Below, one piece after another: positions 56,121-64,000 of a stretch of DNA of 64,000 nt. The DNA is taken from NCBI GenBank assembly GCA_947053645.1, contig CAMRTM010000002.1, positions 41-64,040 of the forward strand. The letters are read 5' to 3'. Under the pieces are notes generated by a model, which had not been told where the DNA came from, made no database searches, and saw only the letters and a list, made by a program, of their open reading frames with translations. The stretch is from an uncultured Bacillota bacterium (lineage in GTDB: Bacteria > Bacillota > Clostridia > Christensenellales > UBA1242). The stretch's first letter is position 1. Every line of letters starts with the position of its first letter. The translations under genes and the position numbers were made by a program.

Positions 56121-56930
56121 ATGGAAATTATTATTGAATTGTCATTTGCTATTAATTTTATCATTAATGCCTTTATCATAAGATTAACAGGCTTATTTTT
56201 AAAAGAAAAGGCAAGGTTATGGTGGCTGAGTAGCACGATTGGTGCTGTGATTGCAATTATTCTTCCACTTTTTCACTTGATGCCTATTTTTACTGTGCTG
56301 ATTGAAATTCTTCTTGCTAGTTTGCTTGTTTCTATTTCTTTCTCCTTCAAAAAGTTTAAAAAGTTTTTAATTATCTATGCCTCTTTTATAGGAATAACCT
56401 TTATTTTTGGTGGCGGGTGCTTTGCATTCAAAGAGGCGTTTGGACAAATTTCTTTATTCTGTGTTCTTTTAGTTGCAAGCGTCATCGATATTATTGCGAC
56501 TCTTGTCCTTAAATGGAGAAATAAAACAAGGGTGATAGAAACATTTTCATATAGTGTTAAAATCAGGTTGGGAGAAAAAGAGGTTGAAGAAGAGGGGTAT
56601 CTTGATAGTGGCAATATGCTTTATGACCCTATTACAAAAAAACCTATTATTCTTATCACATATGAGGTATTTTCTAAGTTTTACAAAGATATTAATTATC
56701 TAAGTGCCTTTTTAAAAAATGTCGATGTAAATAAAATACATAATGGACATTATATCAAGATTAATTCAATAGCAAGTGGCACTAATATTCTAGTTTTTAC
56801 AGCTGACAAGATAGAAGTTAAAAAGGAAGAATTTTTAAAAAGTTATGAGAATGTTGCAATAGGACTTTCATTTTCAGGATTTGAAAAGGGCTGTGGAAGG
56901 CAGGTGCTATTACATAGTGAACTCATATAG
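56121..56930 (+). CDS. spoIIGA: Sigma-E processing peptidase SpoIIGA
   Basis: Five N-terminal TM segments; aspartic protease motif GYLDSGNMLYDP. Confidence 0.92.
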   Translation: MEIIIELSFAINFIINAFIIRLTGLFLKEKARLWWLSSTIGAVIAIILPLFHLMPIFTVLIEILLASLLVSISFSFKKFKKFLIIYASFIGITFIFGGGCFAFKEAFGQISLFCVLLVASVIDIIATLVLKWRNKTRVIETFSYSVKIRLGEKEVEEEGYLDSGNMLYDPITKKPIILITYEVFSKFYKDINYLSAFLKNVDVNKIHNGHYIKINSIASGTNILVFTADKIEVKKEEFLKSYENVAIGLSFSGFEKGCGRQVLLHSELI

Positions 56931-56942
56931 GTAGGAGGTAAA

Positions 56943-57665
56943 ATGAAACTTTTATTTAAATTAAAACTATTCTTTTACAATTTGACCCATAAAAGAGGAT
57001 TTTTTAATGTTAAGAATATCGTTTGTTTTATTGCGAACGAGCCTTTACCCCAACCTCTTCCTTTGGATGAGGAAGAGCGTCTTCTTATCGCAAAAGAATA
57101 TGGCGATAATGATGCCTATGAAAAACTAATTCAGCACAATCTTAGGCTGGTGGTCTATATTGCGAAAAAGTTTGATAATTGTGGAATGGAAAGAGAGGAT
57201 ATATTTTCAGTTGGTTCAGTAGGGCTTATTAAAGCAATAAAAACTTTTAAGTTAGACAAAAATATTCGTCTTGCCACCTATGCTTCAAGATGTATTGAAA
57301 ATGAAATACTTATGCAACTGCGAAAATTTAACAAGATAAAAAGCAATATCAGTCTTGAAAAGCCACTTCATGTCGATAATGAAGGAAACGAACTATGTCT
57401 TGAAGATATCTTACCAGCCGAAGGCGATGTCTTGGAAAAAGAGGTTAATCAGTCAGCAGACAAAAAGATAATTTATGATATTCTTTCAAAACTTAATTTA
57501 CGCGAACAGGAGATAATCATATTAAGATATGGGCTTACTGGTGAAGATGAACTTACACAAAAAGAGGTGGCGGATAAACTTAGAATTAGTCAAAGTTATA
57601 TCTCTCGTCTTGAAAAGAAAATTTTAAAAGAAATGCGAAAAGAATACGATAAGCAGATGTTATAA
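56943..57665 (+). CDS. sigE: Sporulation sigma factor SigE (pro-sigma-E)
   Basis: Pro-sequence, then NLRLVVYIAKKF, region 2 and region 4 (QKEVADKLRISQSYISRLEKK). Confidence 0.93.
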   Translation: MKLLFKLKLFFYNLTHKRGFFNVKNIVCFIANEPLPQPLPLDEEERLLIAKEYGDNDAYEKLIQHNLRLVVYIAKKFDNCGMEREDIFSVGSVGLIKAIKTFKLDKNIRLATYASRCIENEILMQLRKFNKIKSNISLEKPLHVDNEGNELCLEDILPAEGDVLEKEVNQSADKKIIYDILSKLNLREQEIIILRYGLTGEDELTQKEVADKLRISQSYISRLEKKILKEMRKEYDKQML

Positions 57666-57771
57666 AAAATTCCTATTAATTTGCCGAAAAAGTACTTTCT
57701 TTGCAAGTTTTTGTCATCTGTGTATTATTTCCTCCTTTGTGATTAACAATATATTCGCTTAAGGAGGATTT

Positions 57772-58545
57772 ATGGCTTCACGAGTTTTTATTGCGGGAGT
57801 AGATACTTCACGCCTTCCGAAAATAAGTGGCAATGAAATGCTTGAACTTATGAAAAAAGTAAAAAGCGGGGATGAATATGCCCGTGATTGTTTTGTTGTA
57901 GCTAATTTAAGACTTGTGCTTTCTGTTGTTCATAGATTTGGTGCAAAGGGAGATAGAGCCGATGATATGTTTCAGGTGGGATGTGTTGGGCTTATGAAGG
58001 CCATAGATAATTTTGATGAAACCTTAAATGTAAAATTCTCTACCTATGCCGTGCCTATGATTATAGGAGAGATTAGGCGTTTTCTCCGTGATAACAACTC
58101 AGTGAGGGTGTCGCGTAGTTTACGCGATGTGGCATATAGGGCATTGCAAGCCAAGGATGAACTTGCAAAGTCTAGCATTGAAGAGCCAACTATTGAAGAT
58201 ATAGCAAAACTTATTGATGTGCCTTCAAAGACTGTGACTTTTGCTCTTGATGCAATAAGCGATACAGTATCACTTAACGAGCCAATTTATACAGATGGCA
58301 CAGATACCATTCATTTACTTGATCAAATAGCCGATGTTAAGCAAAGTGACGAATCTCTTCATGAAAAGATTTCCATTAATGACGCAATTAAAACCTTGTC
58401 TGGTAGGGAAAAGGAAATTCTTTTAATGAGGTATTACATTGGTAAAACACAAATGGAAGTAAGTGAGGAAATAGGTATAAGTCAAGCGCAGGTGTCACGC
58501 CTTGAAAAAAATGCTTTAAAGTCAATTAAACAATTTTTAACTTAA
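57772..58545 (+). CDS. sigG: Sporulation sigma factor SigG
   Basis: ANLRLVLSVVHRF...FSTYAVPMIIGEIRRFLRD...QMEVSEEIGISQAQVSRLEK; position after sigE. Confidence 0.9.
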   Translation: MASRVFIAGVDTSRLPKISGNEMLELMKKVKSGDEYARDCFVVANLRLVLSVVHRFGAKGDRADDMFQVGCVGLMKAIDNFDETLNVKFSTYAVPMIIGEIRRFLRDNNSVRVSRSLRDVAYRALQAKDELAKSSIEEPTIEDIAKLIDVPSKTVTFALDAISDTVSLNEPIYTDGTDTIHLLDQIADVKQSDESLHEKISINDAIKTLSGREKEILLMRYYIGKTQMEVSEEIGISQAQVSRLEKNALKSIKQFLT

Positions 58546-58584
58546 CTTGTAATTTTTTCTATCTTTACTTCATATTATTTAAAT

Positions 58585-58881
58585 GTGGAATCTTCATTTT
58601 TAGAATTAAGGTGTAAAGAAGTTGTAAATGTCGTGGATGGAAGAAAACTGGGGCATATGGTGGACATGGTCATTGACCTAATGTCAGCAAGAGTGCTTGG
58701 TATAGTTGTACCTGATGGCAAGTCTTTTTGGAATGTATTTAAATCTTCATCTGGACTTTTTATTCCTTTTAATTGCATAGTGAAGATTGGTGAGGATGCC
58801 ATACTTGTGGAACTACGCGGCTCCGCTCCTCCAGCAAACCCTTATGTACTTGCACAAGGCGACGATAAAAAAGATAAATAA
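58585..58881 (+). CDS. YlmC/YmxH family sporulation protein (PRC barrel)
   Basis: LRCKEVVNVVDGRKLGHMVDMVID...IPFNCIVKIGEDAILVE. GTG start; no clear RBS. Confidence 0.8.
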   Translation: MESSFLELRCKEVVNVVDGRKLGHMVDMVIDLMSARVLGIVVPDGKSFWNVFKSSSGLFIPFNCIVKIGEDAILVELRGSAPPANPYVLAQGDDKKDK

Positions 58882-58882
58882 A

Positions 58883-58904
58883 AGACGGCTTATGCCGTCT
58901 TTTT
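58883..58904. terminator. Bidirectional terminator between convergent genes
   Basis: agacggc / gccgtct stem, loop ttat, A and T tracts on both sides. It overlaps the stop of the minus-strand gene. Confidence 0.8.
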
Positions 58905-59940
58905 ATTCTGATTCTGCTTTAGACTCTTTTTCCATAGTTTTGATTTCGCTTAAAATCTTTTCTATTGTGTTTTGTTCAGGTGTATTTGGAACGAGTAGGC
59001 TAGTGTCTTGTTCAATAGCAAGAGTTTTTCTCTTTTCCAAAAATAGTGAGCGTTTGCAGGAAAGCACATTCTTAAGCATTGGAATATCGTAATCTGCAAT
59101 TGCTTCTCTAATGTCAGCATCAGAATTTTTCATAAGATCATCAATTGTTTCATCATAAGGGGAGTGAAGATCTTCAATGTCAGTTAAGGCTAGTTGTAAT
59201 TTAAGCCCCATTTTTTCATATTCTTTTTTTAGTTCTTTAAATTCGGCACTTTCAAGATATTTTTCTTCGAGAAGATATTCATTCATTAAGTTTGTAATCT
59301 TTAATTTTATAAAGTCAAGGTTTCCACCATTTTTTGCAAAATGCCTACAAACATCTTGCATGAGTTGTTGCTCTTTTGGGCAGGTAACCGACGCTTTGAG
59401 ATGATTTTTTGAAAGTAAACGATCGTTTTTACTAGCACTCATCGCACTCATTAAAGCTTCATCGTTTAGCATATAGGCAGCTAAGAAATATTTTACCATA
59501 TAGCCAGCATTAAATCTCATGGTGTCATCTATATCTTCTTTTTCCCAGTCTAAAGTTTCGTCATAGCCATTTTGAGCAATGTCGTTCTTTACAAGGTCTT
59601 GAATTATTTCAGCCTCTTCAAGTATCTTTTTGTCGACATTACGGAGAACTTGGGTTTCTTTGGTCTTTGACAATTGTTTGTTTGCACTTGCACGCCAAAC
59701 TAAAGAGATTGCTTGTTTTTCTAAAGAAGAATTATGTATTCTTTTTGCAATAGCACTATCTGTTAAATCAATTTGAAACTCATCTTGTATATTTGAAGGT
59801 TTAAATTTTAGGGAGTCTGATACACCTCTATTGTAAAAGTCTAGCAAAGCATCCTCTGTAACAAAGCATCTGCCATGTTCAATTAAAGAGGTAAAATCAT
59901 AATCTTGTAAGTTTTCAGGATAAAATGTGTAATATTTCAT
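58903..59940 (-). CDS. Hypothetical acidic, predicted all-helical protein (345 aa), no recognisable domain
   Basis: ATG at 59940 after RBS aaggaga; own consensus promoter. The longer ORF-track version (to 60111) overlaps nrdR. Confidence 0.65.
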   Translation of the reverse strand: MKYYTFYPENLQDYDFTSLIEHGRCFVTEDALLDFYNRGVSDSLKFKPSNIQDEFQIDLTDSAIAKRIHNSSLEKQAISLVWRASANKQLSKTKETQVLRNVDKKILEEAEIIQDLVKNDIAQNGYDETLDWEKEDIDDTMRFNAGYMVKYFLAAYMLNDEALMSAMSASKNDRLLSKNHLKASVTCPKEQQLMQDVCRHFAKNGGNLDFIKLKITNLMNEYLLEEKYLESAEFKELKKEYEKMGLKLQLALTDIEDLHSPYDETIDDLMKNSDADIREAIADYDIPMLKNVLSCKRSLFLEKRKTLAIEQDTSLLVPNTPEQNTIEKILSEIKTMEKESKAESE

Positions 59941-59959
59941 ATTCTTTCTCCTTACCATT

Positions 59960-59987
59960 ATTATATCACATTTTATCGAAAAGTCAA
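59960..59987 (-). promoter_or_regulatory. Near-consensus sigma-A promoter with a TG extension
   Basis: Minus strand: TTGACT (59987-59982), 16-nt spacer, TGATATAAT (59968-59960). Confidence 0.7.
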
Positions 59988-59996
59988 GATTTGACA

Positions 59997-60024
59997 TAAA
60001 AAAAAGAGTGTTATTAACACTCTT
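59997..60024 (-). terminator. Rho-independent terminator of nrdR
   Basis: aagagtgtt / aacactctt stem. On the minus strand it is followed by T8. It overlaps the nrdR stop. Confidence 0.8.
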
Positions 60025-60466
60025 ACATTTCTTCAAGTAGTTTCTTAAAACTTGTGATATCTTTAAACTGGCGATATACTGACGCAAAGCGTACATATGC
60101 CACCTCGTCAAGGCCTTTTAGGGCATTCATTACCATCTCGCCAATTTCGCTTGAACGCACTTCTTGTTTTAAAGCATTTTGAAGGGTCTTTTCTATATCC
60201 ATTGCCACAGTTTCAATTTGGCTTAGGCTTACAGGCCTTTTTTCGCAGGCTTTTATCATACCATTGAGGAGTTTATCTCTATCAAAAGGTTGCCTTGATC
60301 CGTCAGTTTTTACAACTAGGATTGGTGTGGTTTCCACTGTTTCATATGTAGTAAAGCGTCGGCCGCAGTGCAGGCACTCCCTTCTTCTTCTAATTGAATT
60401 TGTTTCCTCTGTACTTCGGCTATCAAGCACCTTACTTTCTTCGCATCCGCAATATATACATTTCAT
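60023..60466 (-). CDS. nrdR: Transcriptional repressor NrdR
   Basis: [17 protein letters not shown]...[12 protein letters not shown] zinc ribbon plus ATP-cone. Confidence 0.96.
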   Translation of the reverse strand: MKCIYCGCEESKVLDSRSTEETNSIRRRRECLHCGRRFTTYETVETTPILVVKTDGSRQPFDRDKLLNGMIKACEKRPVSLSQIETVAMDIEKTLQNALKQEVRSSEIGEMVMNALKGLDEVAYVRFASVYRQFKDITSFKKLLEEM

Positions 60467-60570
60467 TTGCCTTCTCCTTTACCGCTAGTATAGCATATTT
60501 AGTGTTTTAGTCCAACTATTTTTACCATATTTTGTCATGTTTTTAGCCGCTTGTCCATAAATTACTTTAT

Positions 60571-60798
60571 ATGAAATCTCTTTTTGAATGCAGGTTTAAC
60601 CGTTCGTATATTCTGGCTGGATTTGATGATACTATGCCATTTAAAACAAAAAGAAGACTTTGTGAACTTGGTTTTACAAATGGACAGGAAATTAAAATGG
60701 TAAGGAAATCTCTTCTGGGCAAAGCATACCTTTTGGAACTTAGGGGGTATACTTTATCTCTTCGCAGCGATATTGTAAAGGCGGTGCTAGTAAAATGA
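60571..60798 (+). CDS. feoA: Ferrous iron transport protein FeoA
   Basis: 75 aa: RRLCELGFTNGQEIKMV...LRGYTLSLRSDIVKAVLV. No clear RBS. Confidence 0.8.
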   Translation: MKSLFECRFNRSYILAGFDDTMPFKTKRRLCELGFTNGQEIKMVRKSLLGKAYLLELRGYTLSLRSDIVKAVLVK

Positions 60799-62897
60799 TA
60801 AAAGTTAATTTAGTTGGAAATCCAAATACGGGTAAGACCACACTTTACAACTCTCTTACCCATGCGCATGAAAGGGTGGGAAATTGGCATGGTGTTACCG
60901 TGGAAGAGAAGGTTAAAAAATATACTTTTGAAGGGAAAGAAATTGAACTTTGCGACCTACCGGGTATATATTCGCTTACTAGCCTAAGTTACGAGGAAAA
61001 AGTTGCTATAGATGCCATACTGAAGGAGCCTAAAAGAACTATCATTAATATCTGCGATGCGAGTAATTTAGAGCGTAATCTTTATCTTACTTTATCACTT
61101 ATGGAGCTAGGTGCAAATATAATTCTTGCGGTAAATCAGATTGAAAAAGTGCCAGCATACAAGATAGACTTTAAGAAACTTTCCGATATTCTAGGGGTGC
61201 CAGTGGTGGCGGTTGATGCTGAAAAGAAGGTGGGGCTTGAAAAACTTAATCATGAGGTTTTAGATTATAAAAGTCACAAAAAATATAATCTGCCTTATTT
61301 AAAAAAACTTCATCTTGACGACATTCATTTGCCTAAGATAGAGAATGAGGATTTTTATAAAATTAAACTGCTTGAAGGAGATGAAAGTACTCTTAAGAAA
61401 CTAAATCTCGAAAAGAATATAACAAATGAAAGAGTGGAAGAGGTGGCAGAAGCGAGGTATGATTTTATACATGAAGTCATGCGTATATGCACAACTAAGA
61501 ACACAAAAGTATATGGACGAAGTAAGTTTGACAAATTCATAATGAATAGGTTTCTTGCCCTTCCCATTTTTCTTTGCCTTATGGCAGGAGTGTTTTATCT
61601 TACTTTCTTTTCTATAGGTGCATGGCTAAGCGACTCTCTTGTGTATTTACTTGATAACTTTATAGGTCAACCACTTATCAACATTTTTACTAGCCAGTTT
61701 GGTGCAAACTCTCCACTTACTGGACTTATTGAGGTTGCTGTTGTTGGTGGTGCAGGTACAGTGCTTGGTTTTCTGCCACAGGTGGCGTTATTATTCCTCT
61801 TTTTATCTCTACTCGAAGAAAGTGGGTATATGTCCCGCGTCGCTTTTGCTATCGAGGACATTTTAGGCAAGGTGGGCTTGTCCGGCAAGAGCGTCTATAC
61901 ACTTTTAATGGGTTTTGGTTGTTCTACTACCGCGGTGCTTACCGCAAGAAATATGGAAGACAAAAACTCCAAGATTAAGACAGGTCTTCTGACGCCATAT
62001 ATGAGTTGCAGTGCAAAGTTCCCCATCTATGCCGTACTTGGCGGTGCTTTTTTTGGTGCAAATAATATTTTTGTGATAATGGGTTTATATCTACTTGGGG
62101 TTGTTGTTGCTGTTAGCCTTAGTTACATTTTTGAAAAGACGGTGCTTAAAAGTAAGGAGCAGTCCTTCATTCTTGAATTCCCACCTTATCACTCTATGAG
62201 CATGAAAAAAGTTTTATTTGTTTTATGGGAAAACATGAAGTTATTTTTATTGCGTGTCGGCTCGCTAATCATTTGCATGAATGTAATTGTGTGGCTTCTT
62301 AGTAATTTTTCTTTCACTTTCTCATACATTCCGCGTTCAGGAGGTGTGAGTATGCTGGAGGCTATTGGCAGAGTTATTTCACCTATCTTTATTCCTCTTG
62401 GCTTTGGCAGTTGGGGTGCGGTATCTGCTCTTATTGCAGGGCTGGTTGCAAAAGAGGTTATTGTTTCTTCTATTGCTATGTTTAACAATGTTTCCGATGC
62501 CGCTAACGAAGTGATAGGGGAAAGTTTGAAAGATCCGACTTCGGCAGTATTTTTTGCATCGAGTAGCCATGTGATTTCCTATCTTGTATTTTCTCTGCTT
62601 TATTTTCCCTGTCTTGCCACGGCGTCCGTGCTTGCAAAGGAGATTGGCAAGAAGTGGACATTTTTGGGAATATTAATTCAGTTTATTGTTGCTTACCTCG
62701 TCACATTAGCAATTTTCAATATCGCAAGGTTAATTGAAATTTGGGGATTACTGAAAGTGTTGCTTTGCTTAATTGCTTTTATCATAGTTTTAGCAAGTGT
62801 GGTTTTTATTATAAAAAAATTAAAAAATCGACATACTTGCTCACTTTGTCCCCACTGTGACAAGAAATGCAAGACAAAAAAGCGATTAAATAAGTAA
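60795..62897 (+). CDS. feoB: Ferrous iron transporter FeoB with a Cys-rich C-terminal tail
   Basis: LVGNPNTGKTTLYN G-domain, polytopic membrane domain, tail CSLCPHCDKKCK. Confidence 0.95.
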   Translation: MIKVNLVGNPNTGKTTLYNSLTHAHERVGNWHGVTVEEKVKKYTFEGKEIELCDLPGIYSLTSLSYEEKVAIDAILKEPKRTIINICDASNLERNLYLTLSLMELGANIILAVNQIEKVPAYKIDFKKLSDILGVPVVAVDAEKKVGLEKLNHEVLDYKSHKKYNLPYLKKLHLDDIHLPKIENEDFYKIKLLEGDESTLKKLNLEKNITNERVEEVAEARYDFIHEVMRICTTKNTKVYGRSKFDKFIMNRFLALPIFLCLMAGVFYLTFFSIGAWLSDSLVYLLDNFIGQPLINIFTSQFGANSPLTGLIEVAVVGGAGTVLGFLPQVALLFLFLSLLEESGYMSRVAFAIEDILGKVGLSGKSVYTLLMGFGCSTTAVLTARNMEDKNSKIKTGLLTPYMSCSAKFPIYAVLGGAFFGANNIFVIMGLYLLGVVVAVSLSYIFEKTVLKSKEQSFILEFPPYHSMSMKKVLFVLWENMKLFLLRVGSLIICMNVIVWLLSNFSFTFSYIPRSGGVSMLEAIGRVISPIFIPLGFGSWGAVSALIAGLVAKEVIVSSIAMFNNVSDAANEVIGESLKDPTSAVFFASSSHVISYLVFSLLYFPCLATASVLAKEIGKKWTFLGILIQFIVAYLVTLAIFNIARLIEIWGLLKVLLCLIAFIIVLASVVFIIKKLKNRHTCSLCPHCDKKCKTKKRLNK

Positions 62898-62947
62898 ATT
62901 AATTGTATTTAATTTTTAAATGTGCTATTCTTTTTTCAAGGAGAGTT

Positions 62948-64000
62948 ATGCATAAACCAGTTGTTGCCGTTGTTGGCAGACCTAATGTTGGGAAAAGCAC
63001 ATTTTTTAATAAAATTTGTGGGCAGAGAATAAGCATTGTTGATGACACGCCAGGTGTAACGCGTGACAGGATTTATGCTGAGGCGAATTGGTGTGGACAT
63101 GAATTTATGCTTATTGACACTGGTGGACTGGACTCGAAAAGTGATGATGTTTTTCAAAAAGAGATAAAGAAGCAGGCTATGGAAGCGATTGCGTCTAGTG
63201 ATGTGATTGTATTTATGGTGGATGGTAAAAGCGGGATTACCAATACTGACGAAGAAGTAGCGGAAATCTTACAGCGGGCAAAAGCACCAGTGGTGCTTGT
63301 TGTAAACAAACTTGACAGATTTGAAGTGGAAAATACCTATGAGTTTTATAGTCTTGGCCTAGGGGAGCCAATGCCGCTGTCTTGTACCCAAAGCAAGGGT
63401 ATAGGCGATATACTGGATGCTATAGTCAATCATTTACCTAAAGATTATGATAGAGGGGAAGAAAGCGGTGTACCTAAAATAGCGATTGTAGGCAGACCTA
63501 ATGTCGGCAAAAGTTCAATAGTAAACAGGTTAATCGGTCAGGAGCGTGTTGTTGTCAGCGATGTGGAGGGTACAACGCGTGACGCTGTACTTGTACCTTT
63601 TAAATATAATAAGAAGGAATATGCTCTTGTGGATACTGCCGGCTTAAGGCGTAAGCGTGGGGTGGAGAACGAATCCATTGAAGGCTATTCTGTACTTCGT
63701 ACCATTTCTGCTATTGAAGATGCTGATGTTGTTATGGCTGTGGTCGATGGTAGTGAGGAGCGATTGTCAGAGCAAGACATTCGCATAATCGGTATGGTGC
63801 ATGAAAATGGCAAGCCTAGCGTGATTGTTGTAAATAAATGGGATAAAAAAAGCAAGAATAAAGAAGAATATCTTAAAATGCTCGGTGAAGACCTAAAGTT
63901 CATGGACTATTATATTTGCATTTTCACTTCTGCACTTACTGGGGCTGGACTGGGGCAAATTATGGAGAAGGTGGAACTTGCTTACGAAAATTCCCAAAAG
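62948..64000 (+). CDS. der: Ribosome-associated GTPase Der/EngA (3' end beyond the window)
   Basis: RBS aaggagag. MHKPVVAVVGRPNVGKSTFFN...; second G-domain IAIVGRPNVGKSSIVN. The frame stays open to the window end, so it is absent from the ORF track. Confidence 0.93.
   Translation, partial: MHKPVVAVVGRPNVGKSTFFNKICGQRISIVDDTPGVTRDRIYAEANWCGHEFMLIDTGGLDSKSDDVFQKEIKKQAMEAIASSDVIVFMVDGKSGITNTDEEVAEILQRAKAPVVLVVNKLDRFEVENTYEFYSLGLGEPMPLSCTQSKGIGDILDAIVNHLPKDYDRGEESGVPKIAIVGRPNVGKSSIVNRLIGQERVVVSDVEGTTRDAVLVPFKYNKKEYALVDTAGLRRKRGVENESIEGYSVLRTISAIEDADVVMAVVDGSEERLSEQDIRIIGMVHENGKPSVIVVNKWDKKSKNKEEYLKMLGEDLKFMDYYICIFTSALTGAGLGQIMEKVELAYENSQK

Noticed and set aside
57666-57771. Expected forespore (sigma-F/sigma-G) promoter in the sigE-sigG spacer.
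   Set aside because: I could not find a match good enough to assign coordinates by eye.

Overview
This is a low-GC, endospore-forming Firmicutes (Clostridia-like) chromosomal core region, almost entirely housekeeping. Gene order left to right: mscL, a BclA-C-terminal-like protein, recO, then the complete S10-spc-alpha ribosomal protein super-operon (rpsJ to rplQ, including secY, adk, map, infA, rpmJ, rpoA). Next come a SHOCT membrane protein, phosphoketolase, a PHP phosphatase, whiA and dnaE, then a six-tRNA operon (Gly-Arg-His-Gln-Lys-Gln). A SAM riboswitch precedes metK, followed by rpoZ-priA-def-fmt-rlmN-rsgA-rpe, veg and a DUF3794/SipL-like protein. spoIIR-sleB-ypeB and spoVG follow, then a cell-wall and division block (alpha/beta hydrolase-murF-ddl, murE-mraY-murD-ftsW/spoVE, murA-divIB-ftsA-ftsZ). 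The window ends with spoIIGA-sigE-sigG-ylmC, an unknown acidic protein, nrdR, feoAB and the 5' part of der. I found no CRISPR array, transposase, integrase, phage gene, rRNA or recognisable defence or toxin module, and no convincing novel multi-gene system. The items most worth a second look are single-locus oddities. (1) The metK SAM-I-like riboswitch appears to lack the P4 hairpin and carries a ~118-nt P3 expansion. (2) MurF has its N-terminal domain replaced by a multi-pass membrane segment. (3) A ~170-nt G+C-richer, highly structured spacer sits inside the tRNA operon. (4) A structured ~210-nt rpsJ leader. (5) An orphan promoter-terminator unit lies between ypeB and spoVG. (6) Several lineage-specific protein extensions or truncations (L24, L17, S5, L22, MscL, FtsA). 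All protein calls rest on motif recognition and synteny by eye; no searches were run.
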